DNA of 32,000 nt from positions 1,200,001-1,232,000 of the forward strand of contig NC_006138.1 in NCBI RefSeq assembly GCF_000025945.1. The letters run 5' to 3'. Position numbers and translations under genes: made by a program. Below the pieces are notes generated by a model. It made no database searches. It saw nothing but the letters and a program-made list of their open reading frames with translations, and was not told where the DNA came from. Source of the DNA: Desulfotalea psychrophila LSv54. GTDB lineage: Bacteria; Desulfobacterota; Desulfobulbia; Desulfobulbales; Desulfocapsaceae. Below are positions 25,030 to 32,000 of this stretch, in pieces (the first letter of the stretch is position 1; each line of letters opens with the position of its first letter).

Positions 25030-25560
25030 ATGGAACTTAAGGTTGAGACTAGGAATGTTGATTTGCGTAAGAGTTGGCAGGAAAAAATTGACACAGAAAG
25101 TGAAAAGCTGATCCGTCACTATGCTAATTTTATTCTTCACTTGCGGGTTGCTATTGAGGCTAACACCCACCATAAGGAAGGTGGTTACGAGGTACGTTTG
25201 GTTGCTTCAGTCCCGCAGGATACAGTGGTAGTAACGCGTAGCGGTGAGGTTGTTCGTGCTGTTTTAACCGAGGCCTTTGATGTGCTTGCCCTGCAGTTAA
25301 AGGAGATTCAGCGTAAAAAGCGTAAGAGTGTCAAGGTTTCAGTAGAAGAAACCGCTGAGAAGGCTGGCATTGTCCGCATGGTATCCCCAGGTGAATCCTA
25401 TGGTTTTATTGTAGAGAGTAATGAGCGTGAGATTTATTTTCATGAAAATGCCCTGAAGGGATTCAGTATTGATGATCTTTCAGAGGGCGACAGCGTATAT
25501 TTTGCAGAGGAGTTTGGGGACAAGGGTCCTCAGGCAACTTGGGTACGTGTAGCCCGTTAA
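25030..25560 (+). CDS. HPF/RaiA (S30AE) ribosome-hibernation domain fused to a C-terminal cold-shock (CSD/S1-like) domain
   Basis: The N-terminal 100 aa follow the HPF/YfiA pattern (MELKVETRNVDL...KLIRHY...EVRLVASVP...AFDVLALQLKEIQRKKR). The C-terminal GIVRMVSPGESYGFIVESNEREIYFHENAL..GDSVYF..GDKGPQATWV is CspA-like. Confidence 0.7.
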   Translation: MELKVETRNVDLRKSWQEKIDTESEKLIRHYANFILHLRVAIEANTHHKEGGYEVRLVASVPQDTVVVTRSGEVVRAVLTEAFDVLALQLKEIQRKKRKSVKVSVEETAEKAGIVRMVSPGESYGFIVESNEREIYFHENALKGFSIDDLSEGDSVYFAEEFGDKGPQATWVRVAR

Positions 25561-25607
25561 ATAGAGGTAGCGTTCCCGGCCATGTGCCTGCGACGATTTA
25601 AAGGAAA

Positions 25608-25643
25608 GAGGCCCTGAATGATTTTGTTCAGGGCCTTTTTTTT
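25608..25643 (+). terminator. Rho-independent terminator after the HPF-CSD gene
   Basis: GAGGCCCTGAA (25608-25618) pairs with TTCAGGGCC (25627-25635), followed by T8. Confidence 0.8.
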
Positions 25644-25752
25644 GCCTTTTTACTATTGCTTTGTTTCCTGTGCAGCTTGCCCATAAATAAGGTATAGCAG
25701 AGATGAAAATAGGGAAGACCTTCTTAATGTTCTTATACGCAGGAGAGATGCG

Positions 25753-28422
25753 GTGAAAAATAATATCTATGTTATTGACGGAAGTGCTTATATTTACAGA
25801 GCATATCATGCAGTTGCCCCCCTGACGACTCGGGAGGGATTGCATACCCATGCAATTCTGGGATTTGTCAATATGATACGTCGGCTTATAAAGGATAAGG
25901 TTCCGGCTCTTATGGTCATTGCCTTTGACAGTCGAGGCCCTGTCTTTCGTCATGAAATGTACCCTAAGTATAAGGCAAATCGTCCGATGATGCCCGAGGA
26001 TCTGCAGGAGCAGATTCCTTATATAAAAGAGTTTGTTAAGGCCTCAGGCCTGTTGCTTTTGGAAGAGGCGGGGGTTGAGGCCGATGACATTATAGCCTCC
26101 ATAGCGAAAAAGTTTGCCAGCGAAGAGTGTGCGGTAACCGTTGTCTCCGGTGACAAGGATCTTCTCCAGCTGGTCGATGCCAATGTTTCAATGTTTGACC
26201 CCATGAAAGACAAGTTGATGGATAGTGTTGCTGTGCATGAAAAGTACAATGTCTATCCTCACCAGCTCCTTGATACCTTTGCCCTGATGGGTGACAGTGC
26301 CGATAATATTCCGGGGGTGCCCGGGGTGGGGCCTAAGACTGCGGAGAAGTTGATCAATGCCCATGGCTCACTTGAGGGGCTCTATGAGAATGTCTCTGGC
26401 ATGAAGCAGTCCAAGATGAAGGAGAAGATTATTGCCAATCGTGATCTGGCCTTTCTCTCCCGTGATCTGATCTCTTTGAAGATGGATGTTGAGATCCCTT
26501 CTGCTCTTCAGGATTATCAGCTTGGTGGGGAGCAGGAGGCGCAGCTCAACGAGCTTTTTACCAAATTAGAATTTAATCGATTCTTAAAGGGTGGCGAGCC
26601 CACAAAAAACAAGAAGGTTGCGGGGACAGGATTCTCCCTGGTCCAGACCTCCGAAGCCCTGGCTCAGATGGCAGCTGTTCTTGGCCATGCTAGTCGTATT
26701 GTGATCGATACCGAGACAACCTCGCTTGATGCCAGAACGGCAGGCCTGGTGGGGATCTCTCTTTGCGCTGAACTTGACAGAGCTTGGTATATCCCTCTTG
26801 CCCATATCGAGGCCACTGGTACACCTGTGCCAGGCCAGTTGCCTATCTCTGAAGTTATGGCAGTTCTGGAGCCTCTTTTGACCTGCGCGGACATCCTTAA
26901 GGTGGGGCATAATCTTAAGTATGACTGGACGGTTTTGAAGATGCAGACTGGGGTGGAGATCTTTCCTCTTGCCGATACCATGGTTGCGGCCCATCTCTTG
27001 GAGAAGGGGCGAACCCTGAAGCTTGATGATCTCTGTGCTGAGATTGGTCTGGAGCTTACCTCCTTCGCAGAGGTGGTGGCAGAGGATAAGCGTGCAGATG
27101 CCTTTGCCTATGTCGCTCTTAAAGAAGCCTGTCACTATAGCTGTGAGGATGTTTATGGGGCTCTGTCTCTGTGGCAGGACTTTGGCGAAAAACTCAGTGA
27201 TAAGGCTCTGGATGGGCTCTTTTATGATGTCGAGATGCCTATTATTCCAGTGCTGGCCAAGATGGAGATAGGGGGGGTCTGTCTGGACAGTACTGTTTTG
27301 GTGGAGCTCGCGGCCCAGTTTGAGGAGCAGATAGGCGAGTTGGCAGCGACCATCTATCAAGAGGTTGGGCATGAGTTTAATATCAGCTCGCCTAAGCAGT
27401 TGGGGGTGATTCTCTTTGAGGAGCTTGGTCTGCCCCATGGGCGTAAGACCAAGACCGGTTTTTCCACCGATGTTAAGGTTATGGAGAAACTGGCCAGCCA
27501 GCATCCTGTTCCGGCCCTTATTCTTAAATACCGGACTATCGCTAAGCTCAAGTCGACCTATGTTGATAAGCTTCTGCTTTTGAAAAATCCTGAAACTGGC
27601 CGTATATATACCTCTTTTAATCAGACTATAACGGCAACGGGCAGGCTCTCCAGCAGTAACCCCAATATGCAGAATATTCCTATTCGTATGGAGGAGGGTA
27701 ATCGCATTCGCAGGGCCTTTGTTCCTGAGGCGGGCAAGGTCTTTCTGGCGGCGGATTATTCGCAGATAGATCTGCGGGTGCTGGCCCATTATTCCGGGGA
27801 TGATGCTCTGACCAGGGCCTTTGCCGCCGGGCAGGATATTCATGCCAGGACAGCAGCAGAGCTCTTTAGTGTCTCAACCATGTTGGTCAATCCTGAGATG
27901 CGTCGGGTGGCCAAGAGTATCAACTTTGGTATTGTTTATGGCATGAGTGCCTTTGGTCTTGCTCAGCAGCTGGGCATTGGCAGAAAGGAGGCCCAGCGCT
28001 TTATTGATCGTTATTTTCACCTCTATGCGGGGGTAAAGCAATTTATGATCGATATCGTAGAGCAGACCCGGGAGAGGGGTTATGCCACAACCCTCTTAGG
28101 TCGTCGGCGGGCAGTGCCTGATATTGATGCGAAAAACAAAGGTATGCGGGAGTTTGCCGAGAGGATGGCAATTAATACTCCCATTCAGGGAACTGCGGCC
28201 GATATTATTAAGTGTGCCATGATTGCCGTGGAAAAAAAATTGGCGGCGGCAGGTCTGGGGGCTAAAATGCTTCTACAGATTCACGATGAACTTGTCTTTG
28301 AAGTGTCCGAGGCGGAGCTTGCGGAGACGAGGGTGGTGGTGCAGGAGGCAATGGAGTCAGCTCTTCAGCTTGATGTGCCTTTGGTTGCCAATATTGAGGT
28401 TGGGCACAGTCTGGCAAAATAG
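25753..28422 (+). CDS. polA: DNA polymerase I
   Basis: 889 aa with 5'-3' exonuclease, 3'-5' exonuclease and Pol A-family polymerase motifs (DYSQIDLRVLAH, QIHDELVFE). GTG start after AGGAGAG. Confidence 0.95.
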   Translation: MKNNIYVIDGSAYIYRAYHAVAPLTTREGLHTHAILGFVNMIRRLIKDKVPALMVIAFDSRGPVFRHEMYPKYKANRPMMPEDLQEQIPYIKEFVKASGLLLLEEAGVEADDIIASIAKKFASEECAVTVVSGDKDLLQLVDANVSMFDPMKDKLMDSVAVHEKYNVYPHQLLDTFALMGDSADNIPGVPGVGPKTAEKLINAHGSLEGLYENVSGMKQSKMKEKIIANRDLAFLSRDLISLKMDVEIPSALQDYQLGGEQEAQLNELFTKLEFNRFLKGGEPTKNKKVAGTGFSLVQTSEALAQMAAVLGHASRIVIDTETTSLDARTAGLVGISLCAELDRAWYIPLAHIEATGTPVPGQLPISEVMAVLEPLLTCADILKVGHNLKYDWTVLKMQTGVEIFPLADTMVAAHLLEKGRTLKLDDLCAEIGLELTSFAEVVAEDKRADAFAYVALKEACHYSCEDVYGALSLWQDFGEKLSDKALDGLFYDVEMPIIPVLAKMEIGGVCLDSTVLVELAAQFEEQIGELAATIYQEVGHEFNISSPKQLGVILFEELGLPHGRKTKTGFSTDVKVMEKLASQHPVPALILKYRTIAKLKSTYVDKLLLLKNPETGRIYTSFNQTITATGRLSSSNPNMQNIPIRMEEGNRIRRAFVPEAGKVFLAADYSQIDLRVLAHYSGDDALTRAFAAGQDIHARTAAELFSVSTMLVNPEMRRVAKSINFGIVYGMSAFGLAQQLGIGRKEAQRFIDRYFHLYAGVKQFMIDIVEQTRERGYATTLLGRRRAVPDIDAKNKGMREFAERMAINTPIQGTAADIIKCAMIAVEKKLAAAGLGAKMLLQIHDELVFEVSEAELAETRVVVQEAMESALQLDVPLVANIEVGHSLAK

Positions 28423-28433
28423 ACCGTTTCTCA

Positions 28434-28460
28434 GGGGAGAAGGGTAGCCTCCTTCTCCCC
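28434..28460. other. 10-bp hairpin in the convergent polA/gltA gap
   Basis: GGGGAGAAGG (28434-28443) pairs with CCTTCTCCCC (28451-28460). There is no clear T-run on either strand, so terminator status is uncertain. Confidence 0.4.
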
Positions 28461-28479
28461 GTTGAGATTATTTCGTAGT

Positions 28480-29772
28480 TTATCTTTCGTACATGGGTAC
28501 AAAAGCACGTTGCTTGTATCCTGTGTATATTTGGCGAGGTCGACCTATCTTGGTATTCGGGTCTGCGTGCATCTCTGTCCATTGGGCAATCCATCCCGGT
28601 AGTCGTCCGAGTGCGAACATGACGGTAAACATATCGGTGGGAATTCCCATTGCCCGGTAGATAATGCCGCTATAAAAATCGACATTGGGATAGAGGTTGC
28701 GGCTGATAAAGTAGTCGTCTCTGAGCACCCTCTCTTCCAATTCAAAGGCTATATCCAACAGAGGGTCATGGACATTCATGCTTGCCAGCATCTCGTGGCA
28801 GGCCTCCTTTATTATCCGGGCGCGAGGGTCAAAGGTCTTGTAGACGCGGTGACCAAAGCCTGCTAGTCGGAAGGGGTCGTTCTTGTCCTTTGCCTTTTCT
28901 ATATAGTAGTTATAGTCATCGCCACTCTCATGAATCTCTTCGAGCATTTCAATGACTGCCTGGTTGGCTCCTCCATGAAGAGGTCCCCAAAGGGCACTTA
29001 CTCCTGCCGAAATTGATGCATAGAGATTTACCTGAGCGCTTCCCACCAGTCGAACGGTGCTGGTTGAGCAGTTCTGCTCATGGTCCGCATGGAGGATGAG
29101 TAGTTTGTTGAGGGCAGCGGTTACCTCTGGTTTGATCTCGTAGGGTATATTGGGACGATCAAACATCATATTGAGGAAATTTTCACAGTAATTTAACTTG
29201 TGACTGGGGTAGACAAGGGGGTAGCCATTACTCTTCTTATAGGAGAAGGCGGCGATGGTTCGAACCTTGGCCAGGAGTCGGGCGGTGGTGACGCTGATGC
29301 CCCCGTAGGGATCAGTTTTGGCGGTCATCTCAGGGTAAAAATTATGCAGGGAGTTGATGGTGGTGGAGAGGATGGACATGGGGGAGGCGTTTGGCGGAAA
29401 GTGATCAAAGAAGTGGATCATATCTTCGTGGAGCAGGGCAAAACGGTTCATGTCGTGGCGAAAGTGTTCAAGCTCCTGGTAATTTGGCAACTCACCGTGG
29501 AGAATGAGATAGGAGACCTCGACAAAGCTGCAGTTGGCGGCGAGGTCTTCAATGGAGTATCCTCGGTAGTTGAGAATGCCCTTGTCTCCATCAAGGTAGG
29601 TAATGCTGCTGAAGCAGGATGCGGTGTTCATAAAGCCCCTATCAAGGGTTATATGCCCCGTATCCTTGAGCAGCGATCGGATATCAATGGCTTTCTCGCC
29701 GGTGGTTGATTCGATGATGGGGAGTGAGTATTGTTTGCCGTCGAGGCTGAGTGTTGCAAATTTTTCGGACAT
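28480..29772 (-). CDS. gltA: Citrate synthase
   Basis: 430 aa with citrate synthase signatures (GPLHGGAN, GFGHRVYK, DPR). Confidence 0.95.
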   Translation of the reverse strand: MSEKFATLSLDGKQYSLPIIESTTGEKAIDIRSLLKDTGHITLDRGFMNTASCFSSITYLDGDKGILNYRGYSIEDLAANCSFVEVSYLILHGELPNYQELEHFRHDMNRFALLHEDMIHFFDHFPPNASPMSILSTTINSLHNFYPEMTAKTDPYGGISVTTARLLAKVRTIAAFSYKKSNGYPLVYPSHKLNYCENFLNMMFDRPNIPYEIKPEVTAALNKLLILHADHEQNCSTSTVRLVGSAQVNLYASISAGVSALWGPLHGGANQAVIEMLEEIHESGDDYNYYIEKAKDKNDPFRLAGFGHRVYKTFDPRARIIKEACHEMLASMNVHDPLLDIAFELEERVLRDDYFISRNLYPNVDFYSGIIYRAMGIPTDMFTVMFALGRLPGWIAQWTEMHADPNTKIGRPRQIYTGYKQRAFVPMYER

Positions 29773-30087
29773 GATACACCTTTAGGTCGAGCGTTTAGAC
29801 ACGCATTTTTGGATATTTCCAACGGTTTGTGGTAGCGCCTGGCAGGGTTGTGTGGAAAATCTCTGAGAGAAGGCGACTGTTGGATGAACAAACTAGGAGT
29901 CTTTGTAGACAGTTAGGTTCTGGGCTTGTGCTTTTTGCAGAAAGCACACATACATTGTATCAAATTTGTAGCTATTATTGGAATATATTTTACAAAAAAA
30001 GCATTATTTTTCAAAAAAGGTATCTTTATGGTTAAGGATGGGAAGTCCCGACAGGCAGATCTGTATGGGTGGCGGAGGAAGGTCTTG

Positions 30088-30750
30088 ATGGACGAGGTGA
30101 CGGTGTACCCTGTCTGTTGCGAACAACTTTCCGCTGGAAGATCGGATAAGGAGTGGTTGGATAATGTTTTGGCGGGCGGAGCAAAGATTGTTCAGCTTCG
30201 GGATAAAAAAAGTGATGATCGTCTTTTGCTTGAGAAGGCAAAATATTTTCGGGAGAAAACCCGGGAGGCGGGGGCGCTTTTTTTGATAAATGACAGATTT
30301 GATATTGGCCTTTTGGCGGATTCCGACGGTATTCATGTGGGTCAGGGAGATCTGCCCCCCGAGGAGATTCGCCGTCTTACCCCAGATTGGATTATTGGTC
30401 AATCCTGTAATGATCTGGCAGAGGTGGAAGCCCTGGGTGCTCAGGTGCAGGCGGGTTCCTCGGCTGTTGATTATTATAATATTGGTCCAATTTATAGAAC
30501 GGATACCAAGGAGGGTTTGCATACCTTTTTGGGCGCCGGAGACATCCAGCAGATATCTGCAGCCTGCCCTCTGCCCTTTACGGTGATGGGTGGTATAAAG
30601 TGGGATCATATTCCAGAGCTGGCGGCTGCCGGGGTACGGCGTATGGCCGTGGTGACGGCAATAAGTATGGCGGCTGATATGCAGGCAGAGACAAGGCGAT
30701 GGATAGATGAGATTAGGCGTGTGACCACCCTGCCTGTTAACTCGTTATAG
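30088..30750 (+). CDS. thiE: Thiamine-phosphate synthase
   Basis: ThiE pattern (VQLRDKK, LINDRFDIGLLADSDGIHVGQGDLP, GGI). ATG 30088 follows GGAGGAAGG and gives about 220 aa. The ORF is open from 29926, but the extension looks non-coding. Confidence 0.85.
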   Translation: MDEVTVYPVCCEQLSAGRSDKEWLDNVLAGGAKIVQLRDKKSDDRLLLEKAKYFREKTREAGALFLINDRFDIGLLADSDGIHVGQGDLPPEEIRRLTPDWIIGQSCNDLAEVEALGAQVQAGSSAVDYYNIGPIYRTDTKEGLHTFLGAGDIQQISAACPLPFTVMGGIKWDHIPELAAAGVRRMAVVTAISMAADMQAETRRWIDEIRRVTTLPVNSL

Positions 30751-30776
30751 AGGAATGGAATTTGGAGAATTTAGCT

Positions 30777-31466
30777 ATGACTGAGAAAAAAGCCCCTGGT
30801 CAGGGTGCGATTTTAGAAGAGATAAAAACCTTTGTCTGTTTTGCCGTGGCACCGGAAAAACAGGCCTTGGCGATGGAGTTGGTCTGCCGCTACCAAGAAG
30901 ATAGTATTGTTCAGCAGCTTCTCTGTGAACACTACTCTTCTCTGCCGGAGGCTGTTGAGGAACCTATCCTGGCTATTCGGGAACTTTCCTCCCAACAGGG
31001 CATTTACTGTCTATTGCTGGTGGCGGAGAGTGTGAGCTTTTTCTATCTTGTCTCGGCTGATCAGGTGGTTTACGCGGGTTGTCGTGCAGAGGAGTTGAGC
31101 GCCGATCTTCTCAGGTTTATTGATCTGGGTGACTGGGCAAATTTGGATAAGCTGGTTGCTAAGCCGGAGCAGTTTCCTCTCTATGGGGGGCTGGAGAAGA
31201 GGAAGGCTGTTTGTTCTGTCTGTGGCGTTGCTGAAGGTGATGCTCACCTGCTTGGCTGTCTTGTTGAGATTTGCCCATGGTGTGATGGGCAGCTGAACAC
31301 CTGTAACTGTCGCTTTGAGAAGCTCGGGGTGGATGAGATTAACTCGGAGGAAGAGTTGGAAAAATTTGAAAAACTTTTAGCAGAGAAGGGGCGGGTTCCT
31401 TTTAGTGCGGAGCAGGGACTTGCTTATCCTGGCTCCAGTAAGGGGCTTGATCCTGCGGACGATTAG
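30777..31466 (+). CDS. Hypothetical protein with a C-terminal Cys/His cluster
   Basis: 229 aa from ATG 30777 (the ORF is open from TTG 30762). CSVCGVAEGDAHLLGCLVEICPWCDGQLNTCNC suggests a zinc-binding module. I recognise no family. Confidence 0.5.
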   Translation: MTEKKAPGQGAILEEIKTFVCFAVAPEKQALAMELVCRYQEDSIVQQLLCEHYSSLPEAVEEPILAIRELSSQQGIYCLLLVAESVSFFYLVSADQVVYAGCRAEELSADLLRFIDLGDWANLDKLVAKPEQFPLYGGLEKRKAVCSVCGVAEGDAHLLGCLVEICPWCDGQLNTCNCRFEKLGVDEINSEEELEKFEKLLAEKGRVPFSAEQGLAYPGSSKGLDPADD

Positions 31467-31500
31467 TCAGGATATTTTTTGAGTCGTTCCTGCTTGAACA

Positions 31501-31541
31501 AAGGAGCTGCAACCAATAATGGTTGCAGCTCCTTTTTTTTG
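31501..31541. terminator. Strong hairpin terminator shared by convergent genes
   Basis: AAGGAGCTGCAACC (31501-31514), loop AATAAT, then GGTTGCAGCTCCTT (31521-31534) followed by T8 on the plus strand. Confidence 0.8.
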
Positions 31542-31554
31542 CTCTGCTGCGGTC

Positions 31555-32000
31555 TTATTTTCCTGTAACTGACTTGAGATATTTGAACATATCAGAGTCT
31601 GAGGAGATAACAAGTTTTGTGTTTCCACCCACAACCTTATGGTAGCTTTCCAGAGTCTTCTGGAAGGCATAGAACTCAGGGTCCTGGGAGTATGCTTTGG
31701 CATAGATTTTGGTAGCCTCAGCATCTGCCTTACCCTTGATGCCGAGGGCTTGACGCTTGGCTTCAGAGGTGATCTCTTGTAGATCCCGATCAACTTTACC
31801 GAGAATTTGGGCCTTTTCACCTTCACCGAGGGAACGTTTCTCTGCGGCAATTCGTTTCCGTTCAGAGATCATTCGTTGGTATACGGTGAGACGTACTGAC
31901 TCGATATAGTTTACCCTTTTGAACATCACGTCAATAAGCTCGATGCCGTACTGTGGGGTTACCTTGCTGGCGACCTTTAAGATCTCGTTTGAGATTTCAT
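31555..32000 (-). CDS. hflC: HflC-type SPFH/band-7 protease modulator (C-terminal part; gene continues beyond the window)
   Basis: ..GIELIDVMFKRVNYIESVRLTVYQRMISERKRIAAEKRSLGEGE..AYSQDPEFYAFQKTLESY.. is a typical HflC C-terminal half. The frame is open to the window edge. Confidence 0.8.
   Translation of the reverse strand, partial: EISNEILKVASKVTPQYGIELIDVMFKRVNYIESVRLTVYQRMISERKRIAAEKRSLGEGEKAQILGKVDRDLQEITSEAKRQALGIKGKADAEATKIYAKAYSQDPEFYAFQKTLESYHKVVGGNTKLVISSDSDMFKYLKSVTGK

Noticed and set aside
29773-30087. A TPP riboswitch upstream of thiE (CTGAGA at 29863-29868).
   Set aside because: I found no matching ACCTGATCTGGATAATGCCAGCG-type P4/P5 segment or pairing partners. The region also serves the divergent gltA promoter. 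The 8-bp hairpin at 29927-29948 has no T-run.

Overview
Bacterial (diderm-type) chromosomal window in three parts. (1) 1-8.3 kb: plus-strand housekeeping genes (rhodanese, a large MscS-family channel, the ldtD/ycbB-mepK/ycbK pair, dgkA). (2) About 8.4-17.7 kb: an AT-richer accessory segment. It is bracketed by a degenerate tRNA-Ala 3' fragment with a terminator relic (8396-8490) and an intact tRNA-Ala(GGC) (17734-17809). It carries a YdgA/DUF945-like protein, an Fe-S flavoprotein, an orphan Gp49/HigB-type toxin, a frameshifted HD-domain gene, a TraR/DksA zinc-finger gene, a DUF6499-type regulator, membrane proteins and a truncated tyrosine-integrase remnant. (3) 17.8-32 kb: conserved core (mreBCD-mrdA-rodA, hemH, an HPF-cold-shock-domain fusion, polA, gltA, thiE, a Cys-rich hypothetical, hflC). 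The stand-out signal is a family of ORF-less ~0.6 kb elements with 27-nt terminal inverted repeats. At least nine full, truncated or relic copies fill nearly every intergenic gap between 0.7 and 14.6 kb, and every orientable copy points the same way as the flanking genes. Five copies keep a sigma70-like TTGAAA-17-CATAAT motif aimed at the downstream gene. Copies that keep the left arm also carry a terminator-like hairpin facing the upstream gene. Two copies embed tRNA-Ala-like sequence. No transposase for the family is in the window. Everything here comes from manual reading and hand alignment; no database search or folding was possible.
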